NCBI RefSeq assembly: GCF_006345805.1
Contig: NC_043005.1
Location: 4,960,001-5,024,000, forward strand
DNA from: Octopus sinensis
Lineage: Eukaryota
Reading direction: 5' to 3'
DNA: 64,000 bases
Shown: piece after piece, positions 50,208-63,889 of the stretch
How the letters are laid out: the number at the start of each line of letters is the position of its first letter
Numbering within the stretch: position 1 is the first letter of the stretch
Program-made: the position numbers and the translations under genes
Notes under the pieces: model-generated
What the model saw: only the letters and a program-made list of their open reading frames with translations
Told to the model about the DNA's origin: nothing
Database searches by the model: none

Positions 50208-51560
50208 TACGACAGGCTTCTTTCAGTTTCCATCTACCAAATCCACTCACAAGGCATTGGTCGGCCCGGGGCTATAGCAGAAGACACTTGCCCAAGATGC
50301 CACGCAGTGGGATTGAACCCAGAACCATGTGGTTGGTTAGCAAGCTACTTACCACACAGCCACTCCTGCACTATAGGGCTAAATATTAAAATTATCAAAA
50401 TTAATGCCTACAATTCTTAAAAGCTAAAATAAGACTGATCAACAATCAGGATGAATGAAAAATTAAATGTAAACATAAACTGAATTGCTTACTTAATAAG
50501 ATGAGATAACATTTGATTCTTTTAGAAAATAAATAAAACCCTAATTTTAAATCAAATAAAATTTAATCATGATAATTAGATATAATGTATAATCATATTT
50601 TATTATTTAGTATAACTAGACTATATCTACTTATTTATATATAAATGTAAGATAATATTTAATTAACTTCTAATTTCAGATATTTTAGTTTCTTAATAAA
50701 AATCTATAGTATAATATTAGATGGTATTATTCTAAACTTTTAATCTTAATTTAGAAACTCAAGTTTAAGAATAACGTCAATTTCAAGAACAATAGTATAA
50801 TCAATAGATATTAACTGTATTATAATCATAAGAATAATGAAAAAAATTAGATTTTTACTGATGTTTACTAATTTTACTGACTTTTACTTTCAAAATATTT
50901 TTAAATATTTTAAAATTACATATTGAGTAATTTAGTTTACCTAGTTACCGACCTAGAAATTTATTGTTTATAAAAATTAACATAAAAATAAATTAAATTA
51001 ACCAGAAAAAAAAGACTATTCCCATCATACACTCACTTCTGGCTTTCTCCTGATTTATTCTTATTACAAATAATAGAAAATACCTTTTAAGAACTTTTAA
51101 ATGTTAATAAGAATTATCTCCCCTAAAAAGTAGAGCAAATTACCATACAGATAAGTTAATATTTCTTTTTACTAACACTTCTTTTTCCTACTTTTATTCC
51201 ACATTTCTGTTCATTATTTACTAAAGTAAAATTATTCCAACAATTTCTAGTTATATAATTTTAGTTTGTCATGCCTTAATATAGGATGTAAATAGCAAAA
51301 TAGACCTGAAGATTGGCAATATAATCGTTTTAATATGGAATTGTATTTCAAGACCTTCTATTTCAGCAATATCGAGGAATACGTTGTCATGAAACGCGTA
51401 TAGTCTAGATAATGCAAAATATATAAATTGTAATAAGAATTGAAGGTATTAATTTTGATAATTTTAATATTTAGTCCTATATGTACATATTGTGGATGTC
51501 ATTCAATGATGATTGAGTTGCTTGAGGGTGATTCTGTCTCTTAAACCTATCTATTTATAT
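49848..51560. mobile_element. AT-rich element with ~130-bp terminal inverted repeats; left TIR split by a SINE
   Basis: 49848-49930 plus 50372-50419 is the reverse complement of 51434-51560; about 1 kb of AT-rich interior with no recognised ORF. Confidence 0.72.
49931..50371 (-). mobile_element. Full-length tRNA-derived SINE with CORE-like motif and internal (TA)n
   Basis: ggagtggctgtgtggtaag head, cttgggcaagtgtc CORE-like block, gaaacaagtaaaagag tail. Other copies at approx. 1-290, 4983-5428, 13957-14312, 46455-46725, 55110-55660 and 61660-61965. Confidence 0.8.
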
Positions 51561-51897
51561 ATATATGTGTGTGTGTGTGGTGTGTGTGTGTGTATATATG
51601 TATATATATATCCTTTTCATTTATTCTTTTGTTTCAGTCATTTGACTGTGGCCATGCTGGAGCACTGCATTTAGTCAAGCAAATCGACACCAGGACTTTT
51701 TCTTTGTCAGCCTAGTACTTATTCTATTGGTCTCTTTTGCCAAACTGCTAAGTTACAGAGACGTAAACACACCGGCATTGGTTGTCAAGTGATGGTGGGG
51801 GACAAGTGCAGACACACAAACATACACACACACACACGCATATACATTCGCGCAAACACATATACATACATACATACATATATACATATTTACATAC

Positions 51898-52822
51898 TAC
51901 CTAGGTGACCAAGTTAGGAGTGGGGGTGGATGGTCAGAGAGTGTTACCACTAGAATAAGAATAGCCTGGGCAAAGTTTAGAAAGCTTCTTCCCCTACTGG
52001 CGACAAAGGGTCTCTCGCTCAAAGTGAAAGGTAGATTGTATGATGCATGTTTGTGAACTGCCATGCTTCACGGCAGTGAAACATGGGCCGTGACTGCGGA
52101 GGACATGCGTAGGCTCAAAAGAAATGAAGCTAGCATGATCTGCTGGATGTGTAATGTCAGTGTCTATGCACAACAGAGTGTAAGTGCCCTGAGAGAAATG
52201 TTGGACATAAGAATCATCGGATGCGGCATGCAGGAGAGACGTTTGCGTTGGTATGGTCATGTACTACGGATGGATGAGGAGAGATGTGTGAAGAAGTGCC
52301 ACTCCCAATCAGTGGAAGGAATCCAGGGTAGAGGTAGACCCAGGAAAACATGGGATGAGGTGGTCAAACATGACCTTCATATGTTGGGCCTCACAAAGGC
52401 AATGACAAGAGACTGACACCTTTGGAGATATGCTGTGATTGAGAAGACCCAGCAAGTAAAGTGAGATCGCAGAGGCTATGACGAAACACCGAGACCTCTG
52501 GAGATATGCTGTAACTTCAAAGACCCGACAAATAGAGTGAGTTCATGGCTCGCAGGACGGCCTGCTGTGCTAACCTTGGTTCATAGGGCGACCGCTTTGC
52601 CAGCCTCCTCTGGCCCCTGTGCCGGTGACACATAAAAAGCACCCACTATACTCACGGAGTGGTTGACGTTAGGAAGGGCATCCAGCTGTAGAAACACTGC
52701 CAGATCAGACTGGAGCCTGGCACAGCTTCCTGGCTTCTCAGTCCCCGGTCAAACCATCCAACCCATACTAGCATGGAAAACGGACGTTAAACTATGATGA
52801 TGATGATGATGATGATGATGAT
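51898..52822 (+). mobile_element. RTE LINE 3' fragment inserted inside a SINE
   Basis: MLHGSETWAVTAEDMRRL..RLRWYGHV..GRPRKTWDEVVK plus UTR and (GAT)n tail. It separates SINE halves at ~51625-51890 and ~52830-52990. Confidence 0.88.
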
Positions 52823-53454
52823 ATATATACACGATGAGCTTCTTTCAGTTTCTGTCTACCAAATCCACTCACGAGGCTTTGGTTGGCCTGAGGCTATATA
52901 GTAGAAGACATTTGCCCAAGGTGCCACACAGTGGGACTGAACCCAGAATCATGTGGTTGGTAAGCAAGCTATTTACCACACAGCCTCTTCTGCGCCTGTA
53001 AAAATTTTATATATATATTTACATATATCTATAAAACTTTCTCTTCTTGTTCTGAGAACATTCTTTTAGAATGTTACAGAAATTATATTCTCATTTACAA
53101 TACATTTTCTTCCTTTTGTTTTTCTGTCTCATCTTTTGGACTGAAGGAATTTTTTTTTGATGTTTTTCTCTTGTAGTCTTTTCCATCTTTTTTCATTTGC
53201 CTCTTTTGACTCAATTATTCCAAGCGCTGAGCACATCCAATTTGAACAGTGGTACTTTCATGTGAATCTTGAGATTTTGTTTTAGATTCATTTGCATCTG
53301 CCAAGCATTATAACCTCGAGTACAATCAAAGTGCAACAATACCAACGATCAGGTTTCTCGTCTCACAAACGACCTCTTCTCTTATACAAAACGTTTTTCT
53401 TTAAAAACCAGTTTTTTTTTTGTTTGTTTGTTTTACAAGTGGAGTTGAATAATG

Positions 53455-53910
53455 TTCTTGTTGTTGGTGGTGGCGGTGGTGGGGGTGATGGTGGGGTGAT
53501 GGTGGGGTGGTGTGGTGATGGTGGTGGTGATGGACAGTTGTTTTAAATAAAAATTAAAACAAAAGAAAATGAAAAAAATTACAAAAGACTTTTTTACCCT
53601 CCAGGTTTTAGTTTTAAAAATTTTTTTGAGAGTGCAGTGAAGTGGTGTTGCTGGTTGTTGTAGGGATGGCGGTGGTGGTGGTGTGGTGGTGGTGGTGGTG
53701 GTGGTGGTGGTGGTGTGGTGGTGGTGGTGGTGGTGGTGGTGGTGGTGGAAGTGATGATGTTGCTGCCAGTGGTGTTGGTGGTGTAATAGTGACAGTGCTG
53801 GTGTTGTTGTTTGTGGTGATGGTGATTGTGATAGTGGTGCTGGTAGTAGTAGTGGTGGTGGTGGGTGGTGGTGGTTTTGGTATTGTTGTGTTGGTTGCGG
53901 TGGTGCTAAA
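53455..53910 (+). repeat. Degenerate (GGT)n-rich low-complexity region
   Basis: Long GGT runs (longest ~53670-53746). A similar degenerate GGT/GAT block lies at ~37880-38210. Confidence 0.85.
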
Positions 53911-54795
53911 GTACTCAATTGTTTTTTTTTAAAAAAAGATGAAAGAAAAAGAGGAAAAAAATTAAATAAAATTGCATTTTTTGCTCCCCAATTTTTTGTA
54001 TGTTTAAATTCCCCGCCCTAAATCTGATTAATTTTATGTCAACTAAATTAACTTCTTAATATATTAATTAACATTCTCTGTTTAACATAGCATTTTTTCC
54101 TGACAATGGAATGATTGGTTACGTTGATAGTGAAACCACAGAGACCCCATTGTACTGGTTTGACCGATGGCACGGTAACTTGGTAACATGAATAAGAAAC
54201 AGGCAGATGGTGATAATACGAAGGGAGGTTGGTAGGGTGCTATCAGTTTCCTGCAATTGGGCTGATTACACTGTGTCACATGGAATCTAGGGGAAAAAAT
54301 CTCAGGAAATTAGTGGCAGGGAAAAAATATTTACAGCACGCATGTGTGCGTGCGTGTATGAATGTATATACATACACATACAGACAAACATGCATGCATG
54401 GGTACATACATACACATACACACATGCACACAGGGACATAGATATATACCAGACACATGCATATACACATGAACTTACTCACACACCACACATGCTATAT
54501 ATATATATACATATACACACATGTGCATACAGGGACATACACTTGCATATATACATAGACACTGACACATGGACACACTCATACGTGCACATCATACACA
54601 CAAACATATACACAGAGACATAAACATGCACAAAAACACACACACACAAGTACTTGGTACACACACACACACATACACATGTTCAGAGATACAACACACA
54701 TGCATATACATACTCATACACACACGAATACACATACACATGGGGACATACACGTATGCATATTTTCAAGACTGTTTGAAACCCTTCAAAATGTG

Positions 54796-54851
<56 letters not shown>

Positions 54852-55208
54852 ACAAATACTGATAAAGAACCACAGCAAAATAAAAACAATAAATACAACA
54901 AACCCCAGTTTCCAGAGCACACTAGCCAAAAGTTTGGGGATAGTAAAATGAATATCTTTAGGTCCTATTTCAGAAACAGACAAACAAGCACCTCATCCCT
55001 TAATAGTGTCGACCTATCATGCCACACCTTCATTGTGTGATGAAGAAGAAATAATTGTTATAGATGAAAATTCACAAATGTTCAGAGAAAATGAGGCTTG
55101 TAAGCACACAGGCATGGCTGTGTGGTTAAGAAGTTCACTTTGCAATCACTTGGTTTCAGGTTCAGTCCCACTGCACAGCAACTTGGGCAATTATCTTTTA
55201 CTATGGGC

Positions 55209-55458
55209 CAGTGGTCCTCAACCAGAATCCATATGGCCCTTAGGGATCCGTACAAGATTTTGTTGTTAAAATTTATCTGCAATAGATTGGTTATACTTCT
55301 ACAATGTATTTTAACAATTTTTTAAAAATAAAATTTCTAATAATATTTAATTATAAAAATGTAATATGATTTTTTAAGCACCAAATGGCTATGGGGGCCC
55401 ATCTGAGTAAAGTAGAAATCTAAGGGGTCCATTGGTGAAAAATTGTTGAGAACTACTG
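55209..55458. mobile_element. hAT-type MITE nested in a SINE
   Basis: TIRs cagtggtcctcaac / gttgagaactactg; TSD ctatgggc / ctatagac. Internal sequence is related to 31079-31306. Confidence 0.72.
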
Positions 55459-56719
55459 CTATAGACCCAGTGTCTTTGTGCTTGTCCTTTCCTTCCACTT
55501 GACACCAGTGCTGGTTTGTTTACATCCCTGTTAGCAATTTGGCAAAAAATACCAATAGAATGAGTACTAGACCTTAAAATAAGTACTGGAGTCAATTTGT
55601 TCAACTAAGCCCCTCAAGGCCCTAGCACAGCCACAGTCAAATTGACTGAAATGAATAAAAAGTTTTAAAAAATAAAAATTAAAATTAAAAAAACATAAAA
55701 AATTAAAAATATAAAAAACAAGGTAAATAAGAGAGGAGGAACAATTTCTTCCATATGGCAGTGAATCACTCCTCAGGAAAATAATGAAGAAAATAAAGTA
55801 AACAAAAATAAATGGACAACTTTGAATAAAGAGAACCCAAGACAGTAAAAATTCACAAACTTCATATCAAATATACATTCCTATCATCAGCTACCAAATG
55901 AGATATCACAATGGTTTCAACACCTGGGCCATACCACTCATTTGGGCCATGCCAACAGCATTAAGCCATAAGCACAGCTTGAGAATCAACAAAAATCATC
56001 TGCAGCAAAACATTAGCATAGTATGTCCATTATGCAACACCTACACACTACTACAAACAACCACATCGAATTAAGCAAACTAGCATTAACTTATAGTCAC
56101 AAACCCTATCTATAAAACAATGAACTTCTTCCCAAAAAAGCACACTGTGATCCTGAAATTATAGCACAAAAGAGAACGAGCAAACTAAACTTATTGAGAA
56201 AACAAATATTCAACCACCGATACATAGCATGATAACACTAACACAAGGAACAACAAACCTAGAACTTAAGACACATAGACTAAGTAATGAACATAGACTA
56301 CAAGATATGTTGTTTCTCAGTCTATATCATATTGCAAACATGAAACCCACATCAAAAACAAGCCTTTTATAGACTGGTGGAACAGTAGATTTATATTTAT
56401 GCCTGCATACAAGAAATGCTGAAACTGACTTTAGTTAAAAGAAAATACAGGAAGATCAGTCAATTGTGATTTTATTCAACAGACTCACCCCTCAGATTCA
56501 CACACTTATTGCAGCAGTCCTTCAGTTTTTCTAGGCCCTGAAAAAGAACTTGGAAGGCTGGCAGCCTCCAACCAGGCCTGTTGCAATACTCTTAAGGCCA
56601 GGAATTTTTCAGCATCCTCTTATATGTATAAAAATGAATTTTTACAAGAAAAAAGTTGATAGTGACTTTGAAGTTTCAGTTTGACAACAAGTTTTTGAAG
56701 TTGGCCCTTGCTAAACCCC

Positions 56720-57029
56720 TGCTTATTCAGGTTAAGATTGCAGAAAAATACCTCCCTTGGATCATTACTTATTCAATCCGTGGCTCACTTCCTGCACACA
56801 TGACGCTTCATCAAACAAGAGGAGATGGAAGCTTCATTGAAGGAATTCTTCACCTCAGAGGACAAGAACTGGCATCAGCATTGGATCAAAGAACTGGCAG
56901 AAAGGTGGCTTCAGAGATGGGGCAACACAATGGCTTCTATACTTTGAATGCCAGACTTGAATGTGGTAACTTGATGCATAAAGCAAATAAGTTACCAAAA
57001 CATTGCAAAACTTTTGATTCAACACAATT
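56720..57029 (+). mobile_element. Mariner (DD34D-type) transposase C-terminal relic with right TIR
   Basis: PAYS..PLDHYLF.SVAHFL..EFFTSEDKNW..IKELAERW with frameshifts and a stop; ends gcaaaacttttgattcaacacaat before (TA)n. Confidence 0.62.
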
Positions 57030-58309
57030 TATATATATATATCTTGGTTTTGTAATTGAAATAATAATCACCCTTTGTTAATGAAATATATGTAAGATGC
57101 TGTAACTAAATATCTTATAAACAATCTTTGATATTTTGTTTTATATATGTGTGTGTGTGTATGTATATATGTGAGTACGTGTATATGTATGTATATGTGT
57201 GTATGTGTGTGTGTATATATATATATATATGTAATTATATATATATATATGTATATATGTGTGTGTGTGTGTGTATATATATATATACACACATATATAT
57301 ATACATATATATATATATATACACACACACATATACATATATATATATATACACACACATATACATATATATATATATACACACACATATACACATATAT
57401 ATATGTAAATGCCTATGTATAAATATGTGTATATGTATCTCTTTATATGTTTGTGTATGTGTGTGCATGTATACACACGTGTGTGTGTATAATTCCAGCT
57501 AGAAATAAAACATAAGTAAACGTAACAATATATGGTTGTCTCGGTTCTTACAATGATGTAATATATATAAATATATATAAATATATATAAATATATATAA
57601 ATATATATAAATATATTATAAAATATATATAAATACATAGAAATATATAATAGAATATTACAAAAAAAAAGAAGAAATATACAAACGCACCAATTTTTGC
57701 TATCTTAGAGCATATTTGAAACATGTAAACTGCGGAACCAACGCCACATGAATAATATGGTTTACAAACTTGTATAAACACGGCAGTTGTCAAGATCCTG
57801 GCTGTAACTGTTACATTGTAAAACCAAATACGACACAACAGGGCGTCATTGTACAATACACAACATGAAACAAAGCTGTGGGGTGTTTGTTTCTTCATTT
57901 TTGGGGGGTTTTTTTATATTTCTTATTTGTTAACACAACCATCCTGATGTAGGTTCACCTTCTTCCCCTTGTCCCATCATCATCATCATCATCGTCGTCA
58001 AAACAGAAATAAAAACTTTGGAAAATAATAACATGGAATCTCTGTTGATTTCTAACATCGTTGTTGTCACCATCGTTGTTGACAATTTACATCATTGTTG
58101 TTTTCGTCATTGTTCTTGTCATCATCAACGTTGATGTTGTTGTCATCGTCGTCGTCGTCATCATCATCATTGTCATCATTGTCATTGCTGTCATTGCCAT
58201 CATCAGCATCACCAACACAATCCTCTTCCTCCCCCTCCCTCACTCCTCCCTTCCTCCATCTCTCCCACCATCATCATCATCATTGTCATTGCTATCATTG
58301 TCATCATCA

Positions 58310-58807
58310 GCATCTCATCTAAACTAACTCTCTCTCTAATTAGTTGGGCTATGACCCTCTCCGTAACCTTCATCACCTGGTCCAACAGCTTGATACCTCT
58401 GTAGTTATTTGTATCTAGGGCATCACCTTTACCTTTGTAGCAGTTGACTATTATACTGCTACACCAGTCATTGGGTATGACCCCTTTGTGTATCACCTGA
58501 TTAACTATATGGGTGACTAGGCTATAGCCGACACTACCAGACATTTTGAGCATCTCTGCAGTGATTCCAGTGGGCCTGGGGCTTTCCCTGTCTTCATGCT
58601 TCTAATTGCCTTAGCTACCACAGAACTATCAACTCGGATAGCTGGTCCCTCTGTTGGGTCAACATTCGGCAGACTCTCTTTATCCCATTCATTTTCTTCA
58701 TTCAGCAACCTTTCATAGTGGCATCTCCAAACCTCTCTTTGCATCCTCATTTAGCGCAAGTGAACCATCTTCCATGCGAACACACTTCTCTCCTACCACA
58801 TCACGAT
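58310..58807 (-). mobile_element. Internal RTE fragment, truncated at both ends
   Basis: ..YERLLNEENEWDKESLPNVDPTEGPAIRV..NYRGIKLLDQVMKVTERVIAQLIRERVSLDEM, ending in a degenerate (GAT)n tract. Confidence 0.88.
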
Positions 58808-58871
58808 ATAGAAATATTAAAATTACTAAGTCTCTCTAAAAGAGAACAGCGGCAGCGTTCCCGGAAAATAA

Positions 58872-59070
58872 TAGTTATCGCCATACTAATATGGCATTCT
58901 TATAAAAATAAGAATAAAGCTGTCCGCTTATTAGCTCCCTTGTTCGAAGGTTATATGGATACAGTTTGTGTATCAAATAGCTAACTTAAGGCGATGGCCT
59001 CATGGAGCTAATAAGCGGACAGCTTTATTCTTATTTTTATAAGAATGCCATATTAGTATGGTGATAACTA
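58872..59070. repeat. TA-flanked fold-back MITE with ~67-bp near-perfect arms
   Basis: tagttatcgccatactaatatggcattc..attagctcc / ggagctaat..gaatgccatattagtatggtgataacta. Confidence 0.85.
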
Positions 59071-59080
59071 ATATATATAT

Positions 59081-59113
<33 letters not shown>

Positions 59114-60269
59114 CAAGTATGCTTATTATATATATATATAGAAACACTGCCAGATCTGACTGGGCCTGACGAAGCCTTCCAGCTTCACAGACCCCAGTTG
59201 AACCGTCCAACCCATGCTAGCATGGAAAGTGGACGCTAAATGATGATGATGATGATATATAACCTGTTACTCTGAGCTTCACATTGCCGTTCATCGGACA
59301 GTTTTTGCTAGAAAAGAATAATATATATAATTACACATACATACACACACATATATATATACATATATATATACACATACATAGATATAGATAGATATAT
59401 ACATGTATCTATCTTTCTACCAATCTGTTTATCAACCTATCTCTCTGTCTATTTATTTATGTATTATAGGAACCAAGAAGCCCAGGTAGGAACTGAACCT
59501 CCTCATGTTATGATATTGATGTTCTATTGAGCGTGAAGCGAGAGAAGAAGCATTGTCCCCATTGTGCAATGTCTTATGGGACATTTGCATAATGGTGACC
59601 TTATTCCAAAATTGATTGCACTTTTAATAGAATATGGGTCAACACCATGGCACCAGTTTAGCCTGAGTCGCCCTCAAATATTCTCCCACACTTTAATGGC
59701 ATATTCTGCTGCTCTGCAATTTTGTTCAATTATTGTATCCTTATTTTACATTCTTTTTTTTTTAGTTGTTGTATACTGAATGTGTGTGTGTGTGTGTGTG
59801 TGCGCGTGTGTGTGTGTGTGTGTGTGTGTCTGTGTCTGTGTGTCTGTGTGTCTGTGTGTGTGTGTGTGTCTGTGTGTGTGTATGTGTGTGTGTGTGTGTG
59901 TGTCTGTCTGTCTGTCTGTCTGTCTGTCTTGCAGTGATATTTTTAGTAATTTAACATTTCCCTGTCTGAACTGAAAATTCCAGTCTTTTTTTGTTTTTGT
60001 TTTGGAGGCTATTAATCTTTTTTTAAATTATATTTTTAAATTTTTATTTTTGCTTTGTTCAAATGTGACATTATTTGTGATTGTTGATCTATTTGAAAAT
60101 AACAGCTGGTACAAATGCTGTTTGCTTTTTTGATTGGGTGGTTGGTTGGTTGGTTGGTTTATTCAGTCATGCTGTACACTGTATAGATGGAGAAAGTAAC
60201 AGAGTTAACAAAGGAGGGGCAGAATGAGTGGATGTATACTAGGCTTGGTGGAAGGGAATGAGTAACATA

Positions 60270-60660
60270 GGCGAAGGAGTGGCTGTGTGGTAAGTAGCTT
60301 GCTTACCAACCATATGGTTCCGGTTTCATTCCCACTGTGTGGCACCTTGGACCAGTGTCTTCTACTATAGCCTCGGGCCTACCAAAGCCTTGTGAGTGGA
60401 TTTGGTGGACAGAAACTGAAAGAAGCCTGTCATATATATGTATGTGTGTGTATATGTTTGTGTGTCTGTGTTTGTCCCCCCAATATCACTTGACAACCGA
60501 TGGTGGTGTGTTTACATCCCCATAACTTAGCAGTTCAGCAAAAGAGACTGATAGAATAAGTACTAGGCTTCCAAAGAATAAGTCTGGGGTTGATTTGCTC
60601 AATTAAAGGCAGTGCTCCAGCATGGCCGCAGTCAAATGACTGAAACAAGTAAAAGAGAAA
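60270..60660 (+). mobile_element. Full-length CORE-like tRNA SINE
   Basis: Same family as 49931-50371. Confidence 0.78.
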
Positions 60661-62463
60661 GAGAAAGACACAGAGTGGCATGGCTAATAGGGGTGCAAGT
60701 GGAAGCAACAGGTCCCCCTAAGCATATTTTTCAAAATTGGCCCCTTTTCAAAAATTTTTTAAACACTTTAGTTCTTTTATGCAATAAAATTCAAATCTCT
60801 TTTTCTTCATTAATTGCACGGCCTTGGAAGAACTTTCTGGAGTCATTACTTTATTTGGCCGGACGAAATGCTTAGCAATATTTCGTCTCTTTATGTTCTG
60901 AGTACAAATTCTGCTGAGGTCGACTTTGCCTGTCATCCTTTCAGGCTTGATAAATTTAGTACCAGTTGTGTACTGTGGGTCAATCTAATCAGCTGGTCCC
61001 CTCCACAAAAATTTCGGGCTTTGTGCCTAGAGTAGAAAAGAATATTAGAGAAATGAGTTAAAAATTGCTTGGTATGTGTTGTGGCACCTTTTTTTTTTTT
61101 AGGTGCTTGCTTCCCCTAACTTTAGAATCTGGTTACACTATTGCATACACAATGAGAGAGAAAGAATCATAGAAACCGGAAAAGGAGAGGAAGTAAATGA
61201 CAGAGCAGTTATTTAAAGAGGTACACAAAGGAAAAATTTGCTTTGTTGGATTTTAAGGCAATAATTATTTTGAACATTAATGCTCATTTCATTGTTTTTT
61301 AGAAGCAGCAAGAAATTTGATAAAAATTCAATTCTGTATATGTGCCATATTTCCTGATATTACCATGGTAACAAAAAGGTAGTTCCAAAGTGTGACAGAT
61401 AACACTCTAATCTATAAATACCGATTTCAAATTTTGGGCCTAAGACTAGCAATTTGAGGAGAGGGGTAAGTCGATTACATTGACCCCAGTGCTTAACTGG
61501 TACTTATTTTATCAACTTTGAAAGGATAACAGGTAAAGTTGACCTTGGTAGATTTTGATCTCAGAACACAAAGCCAGATGGAACGTTGCTAAGCATTTGC
61601 CCCAGCATGCTAACGATTCTGCCAGCTCACGGCCTTCTTTAATCTATAAATATGGGCAAGCGTCCTCTGCTATAGGCTCAGGCTGACCCAAGCTGTATGA
61701 GTATTTGTTAGATAGAAACCGAAAGAAGCCCATCGTGTGTGTGTGTGTGTGCATGTCTCTGTGTCTGTGTTTGTCCCCTAATGTGCTTGACAACTGGTGG
61801 TGGTGTGTTTATGTCCCCATAACTAAGCAGTTCAGCAAAACAGACCAATAGAATAAATACCAAGCTTAATAAGAAGTACTGAGGTTGATTCATTTGATTA
61901 AAAAAAATTCTGCAAGGCAGTTCCCCAGCATGGCCACAGTCTAATGACTGAAACAAGTAAATGATATATGTATGTATGTATGTAGGTTAGTAGAGTTAGA
62001 GGTTGGATTAACCGTCTAAGGGATAAAAGTATCCATTATATAACCAGTATAATTACCTATGTTTAACCCTAGGTATACATATGCAAGCATATTATGTTCA
62101 TAGATTAGAGGTAATGACAAAGGTAACATGAGTTTATCAGGATTCAAATTTAGAGTAAAGAGAACATGGAGAAATACTGATCAACAACAATTGACTTACA
62201 TCAATTCTTCTTTATTAATTCAATACAAATAGACTGCATCCCATCTAACAGCCGTTTCTGCTTCCAATGTTATATGGTATTGCCATTGATATTTTAAAAA
62301 TAATATTCATTATATTTGGTAATAAATCCGATATGGAACATGGAGCTTCATCAGAGTGAAGAACAATACATACAAAAGAGAAAAGAAAAGAAAAGAAAAG
62401 AAGAGCCTCAAGAGGAAATGGAAAGGCTTAATATGTTTAAATCATACCATTTAAGCAAAATGG

Positions 62464-62950
62464 TATCATCATCATCATCATCATCATCATCGTTTAACGT
62501 CCATTCTCCATGCTAGCATGGGTTAGACGGTTCGACCGGGGATCTGGGAAGCCAGAAGGCTGCACCAGGCCCAGTCTGATCTGGCAATGTTTCTACAGCT
62601 GGATGCCCTTCCTAATGCCAACCACTCTGTGAGTGTAGTGGGTGCTTTTTACGTGCCACATGCACAGGTGCTAAGCGAGGCTGGCAACGGCCATGATCGG
62701 ATTGGTGCATTTTACGTGCCACCAGCACAGGGCCAGTCAAGGTGGCGCTGGCATCGGCCACGTTCAGATGGTGCTTGTTACGTGCCTCCGGCACAGGGAT
62801 CGCAACTGCAGTTTCCATTAATTTTGATGTTGGTGTACTTGACTCAATGGATCTCCTCAAGCACAGGGTCAAAATGCTGTTTCTTCACTTGCCACCTGCA
62901 CAGGAGTCAGTCCAGCGGTCCTGGCAACTGCCGGGTGCCAGTCATAGGAT
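62464..62950 (-). mobile_element. RTE 3' UTR fragment of a different subfamily
   Basis: Same terminal ~190 nt and (CAT)n as the long copies, but a different upstream UTR sequence. Confidence 0.78.
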
Positions 62951-62967
62951 TGGCTCAATTTCAATTC

Positions 62968-63036
<69 letters not shown>

Positions 63037-63038
63037 TA

Positions 63039-63889
63039 CAGGGTGTGGTGAATAAACTGCCATCTAAATTATGCAAAAATGAAAATAACACTGACATCTC
63101 ATTTTAACAGATATATTTGCGAAAATTACATAAAAATATCTTGAAATACTAAAGAGTAAATTTATTCAATAAAATCGCCATTGGCTTCAACCACAGCTTC
63201 CATACAACTTCAGAATCTGATGCAACTCTTCTGGATGGTCTCCTTGTTTAAGTTGAGGCCATAATCTTTGCCTTCAGTTCATCTTTGGGATTACAAGGAG
63301 TTTTGTTGGTCTCTTGCTTAACTGTGCCCCACACATAATAATGAAGGGGGTTGCAGTCTCGGGAGTTAGGTGGCCAGATGTTAGGGGTGGTGTGGTCGCA
63401 GAAATTGTCTGACGGCTATGACTGGGTTCTCCTGCTTGTGTGGCATGGTGTAGAGCCCTGTTGCCAGACATAGGGTTTTCCAACAGCCACCTTCTTGGCC
63501 CAGGGCAGTACTACCTCCTCCAGGCATTTTATGTAGGCCTCTGTGTTGTGTCTAAGGCCATGTGGGAAGATAAATGGAGGCATAATGTCTCCATCACTAG
63601 TGATTACTTCAAACACCATGCTGTTGATTAGATGTTTGATTTATATCACTCTCGGTACATGTCCTCACATTGGCACCCAGTTTTTGTATTGGAGCTTCTG
63701 ACATGAATGCCAAGCAGAACAGTATGTCATTCCAAATTTCTGGCAGAGTAAATTGTGTCATAGTGTTGTTTTTCTCACACATGGTGCCCAACTGACCCTA
63801 CTATACTATGTAGTCAACAACATCAACACTCAATGCGCATGCATGAAATATGAAATATAAAATGGCGACTATTTACCCATCACACTCTG
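63039..63889 (-). mobile_element. Second copy of the internally deleted maT (DD37D)-type element
   Basis: TA|CAGGGTGTGGTGAATAAA at 63039 and the imperfect complement ending at 63889; MVFEVITSDGDIMPPFIF..WQQGSTPCH..WPPNSRDCNPL. Confidence 0.82.

Noticed and set aside
50420-51430. Very AT-rich stretch considered as a mitochondrial insertion (also ~21070-21560)
   Set aside because: No recognisable mitochondrial tRNA, rRNA or protein motif; the 50-51 kb block is better explained as the interior of a TIR element.
53050-53400. Possible minus-strand terminal exon (..DANESKTKSQDSHESTTVQIGCAQRLE*)
   Set aside because: Weak acceptor, short frames, no recognised homology and no partner exons found.
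55700-56450. A-rich block with CPLC, possible ancient LINE 3' end (similar CPYC block at ~3460-3720)
   Set aside because: Too degenerate to assign from a single CxxC motif.
59464-59780. Complex non-repetitive block with a 71-aa ORF and a CPHC motif in another frame
   Set aside because: Stops interrupt the alternative frames and no family is recognised; it may be an old transposon relic.
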